Shown here piece after piece: positions 45,898-58,790 of a DNA stretch of 64,000 bases. How positions within the stretch are numbered: position 1 is the first letter of the stretch; each line of letters opens with the position of its first letter. The translations under genes were made by a program, and so were the position numbers. This stretch comes from the human T2T-CHM13v2.0 reference genome, Homo sapiens. The stretch lies in the NCBI RefSeq assembly GCF_009914755.1, contig NC_060930.1. One strand, given 5' to 3'. The notes below the pieces were generated by a model, which was given only the letters and a program-made list of their open reading frames with translations, was not told where the DNA came from and ran no database searches.

Positions 45898-47499
45898 CAG
45901 GTAGTGTTCTAAGGGGCATGCTTCCATTAATTCATGGAATTCACAATAACCCTTTGTTGCAGTAACTATTATTATCCCCACTTTACAGATAGGAAAGAGG
46001 TACAGTGACTGGGGCAGAGAGAGGCTCTGTGACTTTGTGCAAGCAGCAATGTAGGCATTTGAATTTCGGCACGCTGGCTCCTGAGTCCATTCTCCTAAAA
46101 ATTGTGCTGTATTTAATGCAGAGAATTTCAAAAACATGAGATAAAAAATAAGAGAAGAATAGCATCAATTTTCCCATCATTCAAAGGTATCTGTTAAAAG
46201 GAAACATTTAAAACTTAGCTATATATACTTTCTGAATTTGTATGTACATATAAACTTATAAAAAATGAAAATGCTAATTGTTTTCACACGTACTGTTTGG
46301 TAGCCTCCCTTTGGTATGTTCCCAGACCAAAAATTATTATTCTTCCCCATGATTTTTTTCAGCTACATAATGTTCTATTTTATGGAAGTACATCATTTCC
46401 ATAATTGAATTTCTTATTAAGACATATTATTTGCAAATCTGCAACAAATGTGCATGTTATTTTTAGACGTATGTTTGGTTATTTCTTTACGATAGAGTCC
46501 TAGAATCACCGGCTGAGGCAAGGGAGATGCACATTTGAAGCCTCTTTATTCATCTTGCCAATTGTCCTCAAGAAACATTGTTTCAAGTCCCATTAATGCA
46601 AGCAATGAACAAAAGTTTTTATTTTTCTGGATACTGGATGCCTCTGGCTTATTTTTCTTTCTATTCTGTTTCTTTAATAGACAAAACAAAAGAAAAAGTT
46701 TCTCATATCAATGTGCATTTTTTTGCGATTTGCAAAAAGTTCAAAAATTAACAAAATTTATCTATTCCTTGAGTAAATGTATGTGGTTCAAGATGTCAAA
46801 GAAACAAAGTATTGTGCAGTGGAAAATGAGTGCACCTTCAGCACCTGCCTCCCAGACATCCATCAGTAACCCTCTCAGGAGGCGACCACTGTTACCATTT
46901 CCTTGACTAGCCTTCCTAGAATAATTAAGCATATACAAGCAAAGAAGGGTATAAGGGTACACACACAAATAAGCATACTACATATATTGTTTTTGCCCTT
47001 GTGTTTTTCACCTAACAATATATTTTGGAAATTATTCCATATTAATAATCAAATAATGATATTATTATTTTTGATGCCTACCTACTATTGCATTATAAGG
47101 GAATTATAAGGGAAGGGTTGCAAATATTAACATCTGTTAATTAGCTTTGGATATTTCTTCTTTTGCAAATACTTGCCAGTGTTCTTTGAGCAGTCTTAGA
47201 ATTGTGGTTTTAATGTTTTGTTATTGATGATGATTTGTAAGTCTTTGCTGTGAAATAAGATGACCGACCATTGGTATTAAATGATGTAAATTTTATTTCA
47301 CATTTCATTGTTGTCTTTTCAATTTTGTTTTCTGGTGGTAGGCTTATTTTGTTGTTGTTTGTTTTGTTTTGGTGTGGCTATGGAAGTCTTTTTGGGCAAT
47401 CAAATCTATCAATCATTTTGATTTGATTTGTGAATGATTTTCCTGGATTTTCCTGGATGATCAGAGGCTAGTGTTGTCTCTTTGTTTACTTAGATTCTT

Positions 47500-47795
47500 T
47501 TGACAAGGGCTTTGGCTATTGTGAATAGTGCTAGTATGAACATGGATGTGCAAATATCTCTTCGAGACCCTGCTTTCAATTATTTTGGGTATATGTCCAG
47601 AAGTGGAATTGTTGGATCATATGGTAGTTCTATTTTTAAATTTCTCAGAAACTGCCATACTCTTTCTCATAACAGCTGCACCATTTCACAATCCCACCAA
47701 CAGTGCACAAGGATTCCAATTTCTCCACACCCTCACCAATGCTCGCTATTTTTTGGGTGTTATTTTTGACAGTAGCCCATCCTAATAGGCATGAG
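47500..47795 (-). mobile_element. L1MB-type fragment
   Basis: TTGGCTATTGTGAATAGTGCT...CAAATATCTCTTCGAGACCCTGCTTTC. Confidence 0.8.
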
Positions 47796-49326
47796 GATCA
47801 ATTGTTCTGAACATAACATTTCTGTCAGGGTTTTTAAAAAGTTTCCAAAATGACATCCCTCCAGCTCCACATATTCTATAAGAGCAATATCATAAATTAG
47901 AAGCTGTCTATGAAAACTTGTAGTTGGAAGATGTTTGTTTTCTGTGGGTTAGTTACATTTCACATATGCCTCATTTGTGAAATAATTTCTAATGTGCATG
48001 AGCTGGAATTCAATGCCTGTAGTCAAAGTAGGCTTAATTTTGAATTGGAGTTGATTAAAATGAAATGACTAATTAGCTTTATATTGACTTGGGAGTTGTC
48101 CCCTAAGGAAGGCATTGGGACAATGTTGATACTCTGATTACCTCTATTCCTACCTCTGTTAGCTTAAAATATTAGTACTGCATTCAGCACCCAGCAAGAA
48201 TTTCTAGTATCTGAAGGCAGCAGGATACTTGCAGCCATTTTCAAACCATGGAATATGGATGATTGGTAGAGACTTCTCTATCTTGAGTCCCTTCTAATAT
48301 TTCATGCTTTATCTTATTCATAAGAAGGGGCTTCACTAAGTAGGACTGTCTTGTCTTGACCACTAGGGGATCAAGGTTAAGTTTCTTAGTCTTGGTAATT
48401 GTCAGATTTCTAGTCTTTAAAATAGGGATAATGTCATGGAGTACCTATGTCAGAGTTGCAAGGACCAAACGAGCTAAGGCATGAAAAGCATTTAGCAAGG
48501 TCCCTGGCAAGTAAGGGCTAAATAAACATGGTGTTTCTTGATGTTATGTCTTGTAACCATTGTAATAATCTCAGTCAATCAGATTTATATCAGGGTACAG
48601 GTTCTTTTCTGGGGAATTTTTCTAGCACCAGGTATTTTCTGTTTATCTTCTATGTGGATGGCTTTTCCTTATTTCTTCTCATTGACACCAAGGGATTCCA
48701 AGTCCCATTCTGATTGTGTATTGTCAAAGTGAAAAACAGCTGTGGCCAGCAGAGCCATGACTATAACCATTTTCAAAGTCCTGTGTGTAACAAACCTCAA
48801 GGATTGATTTTTCACTAAGCCTTTCTCCTTGACTGTCAAATGACAAGCAAGGGTATGCAGATGATAACCCCGAACCCCTTTGATCCCATTTCCAAAATAT
48901 GGCCATGCCATAGATGAAGGCAAATTGTTTTATTTCATCTTGTTGGCCCCATTGTGTATGCTCTAAGTTCATTTTGGACTTCTGTCTTTACTGATAGCAA
49001 TTTCTATTTCTTTCAGACAGAAGCCCCTTCTTTCATACCTTTTAGTTGCATTTCTTAGCATTCTGGCCGCAGTCTTCTACTACATGGTCCTTATTTGTCA
49101 TCTCTTCCCTTTCTTCCTCTCTCCATCCCTTTTTTCCATTATTCATCCAGCAATATTTATTGAGAACCAACCATGTGAGGGGCAGCACACTGGACATTGT
49201 CTTGGCTTCCTCTGTCACTGCAGATTTAATGGATCACTTTAGACTTATGCCTGTATTATTGCCAGGGTTCCCCTATGTATATTGAAACAAATATTCTCTG
49301 GGGATCTTTCCATTTTCTGCCACTGA

Positions 49327-49656
49327 TTTTTTCTTTCTTTTCTTTTTTTTTGAGATAGAGTCTTACTAGCTCTGTCACCCAGCCTGGAGTGCAGTGGTGC
49401 GACCTCTGCTCACTGCAACCTATGCTTCCTGGGTTCAAGTGATTCTTTTGCCTCAGCCTCCTGAGTAGCTGGGATTACAGGAGCGCACCACCATGCCTGG
49501 CTAATTTTTTTTTTTTTTTTTTTTTTTTGTATTTTTAGTATATACAGGTTTTTCTCATGTTGGCCAGGCTGGTCTCAAACTCCTGACCTCAAGTGATCTA
49601 CCTGCCTCGGCCTCCCAAAGTGCTGGGATTACAGGCGTGAGCCACCACACCTGGCC
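49327..49656 (-). mobile_element. AluS-type element with expanded middle A-tract
   Basis: About 24-nt T run at 49505-49528; TSD-like ATTTTCTGCC. Confidence 0.93.
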
Positions 49657-50794
49657 ATTTTCTGCCTCTTCTGATTGGGCTGTGTATCTGAGCTGTGTCC
49701 TGGGCCACTGTGCCATCCCACAGCTGACAAAATGGCTCTCACCTCCAGGAAACTCTTACCTCAGCATTTTTTCCTCTGTCTTGAGCTTTTCTTTTGTTCT
49801 CTGGGAATAGTCCTCTTACTTTCTTGGAGCTTCTTTAGTTATTTTTTGATCAATTTTTTTTACACAGTTTTTTGTAACGGAGCAAAATATTTTCAGAACT
49901 TGTTTCTGGCATGTGTGTGTCTGTCTCATCTATCTGCCTGTGTCTATGTTAACCGTTCTTTGAATCTGATGCCCAATATTCTATTTGATTCTGTTGATTC
50001 TGAAAATTTCTTTTTAGTCATTGGTTTAGCATTTCTACCTCTTCTCCTTAAACCCTAGGATTTTCTTTAAAAAGTGTTGGGACTGATGTTCTGTTCTTCA
50101 GATTGGCGAACATGGCTCAAAGACCACTAGTGTTTAAGCAGCAGCAGCTTTTCTATATTCTGCTTGCTGTGGGCACTTGTGATGTCCCACTGTGGCTGCC
50201 ATCAGCAGAGATGTGGATCCTGGTGGTGGCTGTGTCTGCCTCCTGGCCAGCCAGCTTCCTTTATAGGGAAGAAATGCTTCCGCTTCTTACTGGGGTGTGA
50301 GAGGCGGGCCCGTCAGTCACTGCTGCTCCCTAGCACTCATAGCAATGTCCATTTTCTATCCTTTGTGCCCTGATGATAATCTTTCTGGTATCATAACTGT
50401 CTTCTCCTCCCCTTCCCTGTCTCCTCTTCCTGCTTTTTTTCTTCTTCCTCCTTCTCCTCCTCACTCCAGTATCAAGGCTTAGCTTAAATGTGTTGCACTA
50501 TAAAGGCCTCATATTTTAAAAATATAATTCATTCAGTCCTCCTCTATGCCTAAGCTTATTTCTTTGTTATGGCACTTTTCATTTCATAGTATAGCTCTCT
50601 ACCGAGGAGCGCATACGGGATAAGGGCAGAGTATGAGTATTTTTTGAGCCCAAAAAATAATAGTCATTTTTATTGGTATAGCTTCAAGCATAGTTCATTT
50701 ACATGATTTATGTTTTAGGAAATTTCAAGTGCAGAAAAATTGCCCAGCAGTTAGAGATGATTGGGTTATCAATATGCTCCCTGTTTTTTGGTGT

Positions 50795-51663
50795 ATTTTT
50801 TCCAGCTTTATTGAGGTATAACTTACAAATAACATTGTATATGTTTAAGATGTACAACTTGATTTTTTCAAAATTAATTATTTTTTTGAAGTAAATTTTA
50901 TTGTGTATACTTAAGGTGTACAACATGACGTGATGAGATATATATAGATAATAAAATGATTACTACAGTGAGGCAAACTAACGTATCCATCATCTCACGT
51001 TGTTATCCAACACTAAAATCTACGCATGGAGCAAAAATGCGGAATACAGTACAATATGATTAACTATAGTTCTCATGTTGTAGATTAAATCTCTAGACTT
51101 GTTCATCCTATATCTGCTACTTTATAGCCTTTGATCTACATCTTCTCATTTTCTTCCCTTCCCCCAACCCTCCCCATAACCACTGTGTTATGTTCTATTT
51201 CCGTATATTTGACTTAATAAAAGATTCCATATATAAATGAGATGATGCAATTTTTTTCTGAGTCTTTGTTTATTTCACTTAGCACAATAACCTCCACCAG
51301 GCTCATCCATGTTGTGGCAAATGGCAAGATCTCATTCGTTTTTAAGGCTGAATAATATTCCATTTGTCCATTTGTCCATGAATTGTCACTTAGGTTGTTT
51401 CCATATCTTGGCTGCTGTGAATAGTGCTGCAATGAACACGGGGGTGCAGATATCTTTACGAGGTGGTGATTTCATTCCTTTGGATATATATTCAGAAGAG
51501 GGTTTTCTGGATCACAGAGTAATTCTATTCTTAATTTTTTGAGAAAATTTCATACTGTTTTCCGTAATGGCTGCAGCAATCTACACTGCCACCAACAGGG
51601 TACAGGGTTCCCTTTTCTCCACACGCTCACCAACACTTGCTATTTCTTGTCTTTTTGGTAATA
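50795..51663 (-). mobile_element. L1MA-type 3' end
   Basis: CAGCTTTATTGAGGTATAA, TTAACTATAGTTCTCATGTTGTA, GGGGTGCAGATATCT motifs. Confidence 0.8.
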
Positions 51664-52169
51664 GAAGGGCAGGGCATCATTAATATTGTTTCCCTTACAT
51701 GTGCTGAACAAACACAGCAGAGCAGTTACCAGCGCTAACTCTGGAACTGGCTTGCTCATGCTCATCTCTTGTCCCTGCCAGTTCCTAACTGCGGAAACTT
51801 GGGCAAGTTGCTTAACCTCTCTGTGCCTTCCTTTGTTACTTGGAGCTGATAAAAATAATGCTTAGAACAGTTACTGCCATATAAAAAGTGCTATTAAGTG
51901 TTTGCTATTATGTGTTGAATTCAGCTTAATAGAATCATCATCAGGATCACCAGCAATTTATTGAGTGACAGTGTGTGTTTTATTCATTGATCGTCATTAC
52001 ACTTAGAATAGGGTCGGGGATATAGCAGGCATTCAATCAATATTTTTGAGGGAATGAATTAATGAATGGGCTAGATGTTATATGTACAAAGAAATATGTC
52101 TAATTTCTTTCCTTCAGGTCTCACAGATGGTTGAGAATACAAGATGGAGATAAGACGAAAATTGAATGG

Positions 52170-52350
52170 TGCTTAATATGAAGCCCTTCAAGGCTGCCTC
52201 TTTCAGAATCATTTAGGAGGCTTATTAAAATTGCAGATTTGCTAGCCAAACTCTCCTCGATCTCAGTTCCATAGATCTGGACGTGGGTCCAAAACTCTAC
52301 AGTGCCAAGAAAGCTCCCCAGGGGCTTCCGGTGAATTCCCAAGAACAGCC
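52170..52350. mobile_element. Possible MER5-type DNA transposon relic
   Basis: CAGAATCATTTAGGAGGCTTATTAAAATTGCAGATT...AAGCTCCCCAGG. Confidence 0.5.
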
Positions 52351-52959
52351 AGGACTGGGATCGCAGGCCAGGCAGTAAATGATACAGGAGATGAGAGGAG
52401 GGAGAGCTCTGGGGGCTGACACTGTTGGGAAGGCCTGGTGAGAGGGGAGGTACCTGCAAGGGCATGTAGGGCTTGGGCATGGGGTGGACTTGATCGTGGG
52501 GGCTTAGACTGCAGTAGAGACATTCTGGTCACATTTGCCCGCCCATGAGTTCCTTCCGTCTCCTGATGTGCCCCAGCAATTTCATGTGCAAAGTACACAA
52601 GAGCCATTTGTTGGAAAGTACCTAAATCACTCTATTTACTGAGTGCTTTACTTGCACTTATAAATCTAAAACAAATTTTCAAGCAAATAAACAAGTGTGT
52701 GGATATGGAGCAGAAATACCACTCATGGCATCCTGAACTTGGCCCTCTGACTCAGTAATTAGTATCCTAAAACTGAGTTCAAGCATCACATTTTATTTTC
52801 AGGTTTTACATACTTCATAGAACTTGGTCTCTGATGTTACAGAGATCACAGTAACAGTTTACCTTATCTCCAGAATTTCTAACTTCTCAATGGTGGCATC
52901 TCTCATTAGAACAGGTAGTCACCAAATAGTTCCACACAAAGACTCTCCCAATGTGTCAT

Positions 52960-54170
52960 TTATTAAAACAAACAAACAGATTTGATATACAATTAATATA
53001 CCACAAAATCACCCATCTAAAATGTACAGTCTGGTAGTTTTTAACATATTCAGAATTCTGCAGCTTTCACCACGAATTAATCGTAGAGTATTTTCATCAC
53101 CCCAGAGCCACCCCTCCCTACCTTTAGTCACTTCCCATTTCCCCGGCCCCTGATAATCACTCATCTGCTTTCTGTCTCTGTGGAGTACTATTCTGGAAAT
53201 TTCATATAAATGGAATGATACAACATGTGGCCTTTTGTGACTGACTTCTTTTACTTAGCATACTGTTTTCGAGGTTCATCTATATTGCAGCATGTGTCAG
53301 CACCTCATTTCTTTTTGTGCTGAACACTATTCTACTATATAAATATACTTCATTTTCTTTATCCACTCATTAGCTTGTACACAACTGGATTTCCACTTTT
53401 TGGCTATGTGCAAAGTTTCTGTATGCATGCATGTTCTCATTTCTCTTGGGTACCCACTTAGGACTGGAATTCCTGGGACATGTGCTAACTGTATTTATCT
53501 AACTTTTTGAGAAATCTTCAAAATGGTTCCCAAAGCAGCTGCACTATTTTATATGCCTACCAGCAATGCATGAGGGTTCAATTTCTCCACATCCTCACCG
53601 ACATTTGTTATTGTCTTTGATTATAGCCATCCCAGTGTGTGTGAAGTAGTATCTTGTTATAGTTTTGATTTGCATTTCCCTAATGATAAATGACATAAAG
53701 CATCTTTTCAGGCATATTGGCCATTTGCATATCTTCCTTGAGAAAATGTATGTTCAATTTTTTTCCATTTAAAAATTTGATGATTTTAAATTTTATTGTT
53801 GAGTTGTAAGGATTCGTTATATATTCTGGATAGTAGACCCTTATCAAATATATGATTTGTAAATATTTTCTCCCATTTTGTGAATCTTTTCACTTTCTTG
53901 ATAGTGTCCTTGGATGCACAAAAGTTTTTAGTTGTGTTGAAAAACAGTTTGTATATCTTTTCCTTTGGTTATTTGTGCTTTATGTGCATATCTAAGAAAC
54001 TGTTTCTAATCCTGGGTCAGGAGACTTACAACTCTGTTTTCCTCTAAGAGTTTTATAGTTTCAGCTCTTATATTTAGGTCTGATTCATTTAGAATTAATG
54101 ACTTGTATATGGTGTGAGGTAGAGGTTCAAATCTATTCTTCTGCATGTGGCTATCCAGTTGTCCGAGCAC
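52960..54170 (-). mobile_element. L1MB-type 3' fragment
   Basis: TTCATATAAATGGAATGATACAACATGTGGCC; TTGATTTGCATTTCCCTAATGA; TCTGCATGTGGCTATCCAGTTG. Confidence 0.85.
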
Positions 54171-54954
54171 TAAATGTTTAGTCCATTTTCATCCTTCCAT
54201 TTTGTCTTGTCCAGGCTGTTGAAGTAGCCTCCTCACAGCTCTCCCTGCTCTTAGCTCTTCTCCACCAGAGTCCATCTCCCACCATACTACCAGTTATTCA
54301 TCTTATACACAGATATGATTATGTCCTTTCCTTAATAAAAAAACTTTATTCTTTCCTTAGTTTCTATAAAATAGTTCAAATATTCAACATAAAATTCCAG
54401 GTCCTATCTAGCATGACCTCAACCCACCTCCTAATTTTACTGTGTTCCTTCTCCCCACTTGCTACCCCATCCCAGCCATCCTTGACTTCTTAGCTGGTCT
54501 CTTTCTGGCCTGAGTGAGACATTTGGCCTGGATATATATGCATGGTATGGCTTTGGTTGCTTACTGTGGCATTGGTGCTTATGGGATAGCCATTGACTTT
54601 AATTAATGGGGTGTTATCAGCACATTTATCCTATTGAAATGACTAGAGGAACCCATAAGAAACCACATTTTCAGGACTAGTAATCTATTTTAGCATCATT
54701 TGGAAGACAACAAACTTTCATTTTATGGGTAGACTAACATTCACAAATTATGACATATATCATATAATCATAATCATTAAGTTATATTTTAAATAATCAA
54801 CCATCCACCATCCCAAACTCTAAGACTTTGTTGGTAAGTTTTGTATGTCACAGGTTCATATTTTTCACATTCTGACACCTACATTCAAGGCCTCAAACTT
54901 TACCAGAGACTTTTTATCATTGAGGTAAAACTAGAAGTCATTAATTTAAAAAAT

Positions 54955-55510
54955 TATATTATTTTTAATTATGGTAAAAACATAAAATATACATTTTACC
55001 ATCTTGATTTTTTAAAGCAGTTTACTAGTGTTAAGTATATTCAACAGATCTCCAGAGCTTTTCATCTTGTAAAACTGAAACTGTAACCCATTTACCAACA
55101 ACTCCTTCCCCATTTCCTTCTCCTCCCAAGGCCTGGCAACCACCATTATTCTTTCTGTTTCTGTGAATTTTACTACTTTAGATACCTCATATAAATGGAG
55201 TCATATGGTATTTAGCACAAGGTCCTCAAGGTTCATCCATGTTGCAGCACATGACAGGGTTTTCTTCCTTTTCAGGGCTGAATAATACTCCATTTTGTCT
55301 CTATATCACATTTTTTTGTTTATCCATTGCTCTGTTGGTAGACATTTGTGTTGCTTCCACTTCTTGGCTGTTGTAAATAATGCTGCTGTGAACACAGGTG
55401 TGCAAATCTCTTTGAGGACTCTGCTTTCAGTTCTTTGGGATATATACACAGAAGTGTATATAGGATTAGGATTGCAGGATCAGATGATAATTATTGTTTT
55501 AATTTTTCAA
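54955..55510 (-). mobile_element. L1MB-type 3' end
   Basis: GGCCTGGCAACCACCATTATTCTTTCTG; TACCTCATATAAATGGAGTC. Confidence 0.8.
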
Positions 55511-55984
55511 CTTATCTTCTCGAATGAGAACACTAAATTAAATTTGTGGGGTTTGTGTCATTTTAGACATAGCTCACGAAGAAGATGGTAACTTTAAATT
55601 GTCCCTGCAACAATGATGATGGGCTTCAGTGATTGTCTTAAATGAGTCATCATTATTTTTGTGTTTTATAACCAACCCTATGCATCTGAACACAAAAGTC
55701 AAACCTTTTTAATACCTCAGGTGTATTTTACACCAAAATACAGGGAAAAGGCATCAATCAAAGCTGCTTAACAGCTGATATGATAGTGATTACATGTGAT
55801 ATGGTAGTTGAGACTGAAATGCTATTTGTAATACAAAGATTATCTTAACTGAGTCTGATTTGAGGTGAAAAAAGGTACTAATTAGGGTGACAATATGAAT
55901 TTGATTTAACTTTAAAGTATTATGAGAGAAAACATACTATGTCACAACTCTTTTGTATAACGAACTGGGATTTAGGTATGGAGT

Positions 55985-56200
55985 GGGTAGAATAGTGGTC
56001 AAGAGCAGGGATTCTGGAGTCAAGTGTTTGGCACCAATCCTGGCTCTGGCCATTGCCAGCTGCATGAGTGCCACTGGGCAAGCTTCTCACAGCACCAGAT
56101 TTTTCATCTGTAAAATACGGTTAATAATGGATTGTGGTGGCATTACATGAATTAATATACGCAACATGCCGGAATGACATCTGGCAGGGAGGAAAAGCCA
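55985..56200 (+). mobile_element. MIR
   Basis: AGTGGTCAAGAGCAGGGATTCTGGAGTCA...TTCATCTGTAAAATA. Confidence 0.7.
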
Positions 56201-56774
56201 TATAAGATTTTGTAATTGATTTTCTAGCACAAGCTATCCATTCTTAGGTTGTTGTATCTTCCTTGTGTCATCCCACATATCAATATTGTCATCTGCAAAA
56301 AATATACACGTATGTCTCTTTTAACTAATGATTTTAAAATGTGGACTAATCAATGATCTAAAATCCCCCTTCCTTTTAGTCAATTAGTAGTTCATAAATT
56401 GAAGATGTGATGGATAGAACATTTCGTACCCAGAAAGCTCTTAGATTGTAAATGCTGAGGGAACACTGGGAGATTCAGTGAGTGCAGCACAAATACAATC
56501 TAGGTGACTGGAATAGTTTCTAATGAATGAATCACTGAATAAGCAGATGGGTTGTGGAAGGCAAACCATGAGTAAATTTTTTCTTTTACTACAGAAATAT
56601 TTCTGAAAGGTAAATACCCAGGTTTATGATGATAGACCTTCTTTAAACTCATGCTATTTTTCTTTCTGGGTTTTGTTGTCAACACAATCTCATCTGCTCT
56701 TTGCAACCATTACCTCTCAGAATGGGTATGAAGATCAGGTGCAACCATGTATGTGATAATGCTTCTAAAAGCTA

Positions 56775-57390
56775 TTTTTTTTCCAGTTTTATTGAAATAT
56801 ATTTTGCATAAAAATATAAAATCCACCCATTTAAAGTACAAAGCTCAGTGGTTTTCAGTACATTCACAGAGTTGTGCGATCATTGCCACAATTAATTCCT
56901 TTCTGTCTCCATGGAATCTAATTTTGAACATTTTATATAAATAGAACAATACAATATGCAGTCTTTTGTGTCTGGCTTATTTCATTTAGTATAGTGTTTT
57001 CAAGGGTCATTTATATTGCAGCATGTATCAGTACTTCATTCTTTTTATTGCCAAATAAGACTTCATTGTATGGATATGTACTACATTTTATTTTCTCATT
57101 CATGAGTTGATGAACATTTGGGTTTCCACTTTTGGCTATTACAAATAAAATTGCTATGAACGTTTGTGTGTGAGTTTTTGTGTGGACACACATCTTTAAT
57201 TCTCTTGAGTATATGCCTAATAGAGAAATTTCTGAGTCATATGGTAACCCTATATTTAGCACTTCCAGGAACTGCCAAATGGCTGTACGATTTTACATTC
57301 CAACCAGCAATGTGTGAGGGCTCCAATTTCCCTACACTGTCATGTACACTTGCTATTATCTGTTTTGTCATAATGGGTATGAAGTGGTAA
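56775..57390 (-). mobile_element. L1MB-type 3' end
   Basis: CCCATTTAAAGTACAA...TTCACAGAGTTGTGC; TGGGTATGAAGTGGTA. Confidence 0.8.
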
Positions 57391-58487
57391 AACTACTGAA
57401 AAAAGTGACATATTCATGGAGTAAAAGTAAAATTGAAACATGCAGAAAGTATTCTTCAGGCCCAGACAGCCCCCCAGAATTACAGTTTTTTTTCTAGAGT
57501 CCTTGAAAGTTGTCTATGCACATATGACGTATCCCTAGATATGTATTTGCAAGAACACATGTAGGAGTATACTATTTTGTATCATTCTTTATCACTTAAT
57601 AATATACCTAAGAGCAATTGCTATAGAACAGGTTGACCTGCCTCATTCTTTTTACTCTTAGCAGAGTATTTTTTGTGACGATGTACCTTCGTTCGTTTTA
57701 ACAGCTTTTCTAATGAAGGGCATTTTGGTTGGTTTTGCTCTTATAAGTAATGCCATGCGCATCCACAAGACATACAATTGTTCTTGAGTACATTTGTGAA
57801 GATATTCACAGGAAAAAACAAGTTATACTGCTATATACCACCATCAACAGGGGATGAGAGTGCCTATTAGCCCACAGTCTTTCCAGCTTAACACTGTGTG
57901 TTATCAGCCTTTCCCATCTTGGCCAATGTGGTAGGTAAAAAATAGTTCAGTAAAAGTTGATTTGACCTATAAGGGGCAAATCAAGTTTATGTTATAAAGC
58001 TTGAAGTTCAACATTGAAGTTGAACTCCAGATAATATGGTTAAAGCTTTCAAATTTCTGAGAAATATGCAGGCATAGAGATTGTGTCTAAATTTGCCTTA
58101 ATACATAGTATATCCATTTGCTAATTGAAGAAGGTGATTGGTTCATTTATTTATTCAACTGGCATTTATTCAGCATTTATCGTATGCTAGGTGAACTTTA
58201 AGTGCTAGAGAGAAGGATGAATAAGAAACACACATTGCTTACAAGTAATATATAGTCTAATAAGGGGGACATATATATATAAATCAATAAGCATAATGGA
58301 CATGAAATAGAGGCAAGTATTATACAATAAGCTGTGTATATTAGGCCATAGGCTAAGCTACTGTGAAAAAAAAGGACCCTCAAATACTTGGGAAATTGCT
58401 TTTGGGAAAAGACAAAAAAAAAAAAAAGCTTGTGGAAAAGGGTGAAAAGTGGACATGAGAGTAAGGAGAGTAAGCCATTTTTAAAAT

Positions 58488-58790
58488 AAAATTTTATTTT
58501 AACTTCGATTGTCATATGGTAAGTGTACATATTCATGGGATAAAAATGAAAGGTTTTGACACATGTGTGCATTGTGTAATGATGAAATCAGAGTAATTAG
58601 CAAATCCATCATCTCAAACATTTATCATTTCTTTGTGGTAAAGCATTCAAAATCCTCTCTTCTAGTTAGTTTGAAATATACGATGCATTATTGTTAGCCA
58701 CAGTCACCCTGCTGTGCAATGGAACACCAGAACTGATTCCTCTCACCTAACTGCAACTTTGTACCAGTTGATCAACCTCTCCCCATAGCC
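58488..58790 (-). mobile_element. L1MA-type 3' end, apparently inside an MLT1-like LTR relic (about 58330-58920)
   Basis: CATCATCTCAAACATTTATCATTTCTTTGTG; AGTCACCCTGCTGTGCAA. Confidence 0.75.

Noticed and set aside
49675-50058. Hydrophobic 127-aa ORF resembling a membrane protein
   Set aside because: Non-ATG start and T-rich low-complexity composition; no recognisable family.
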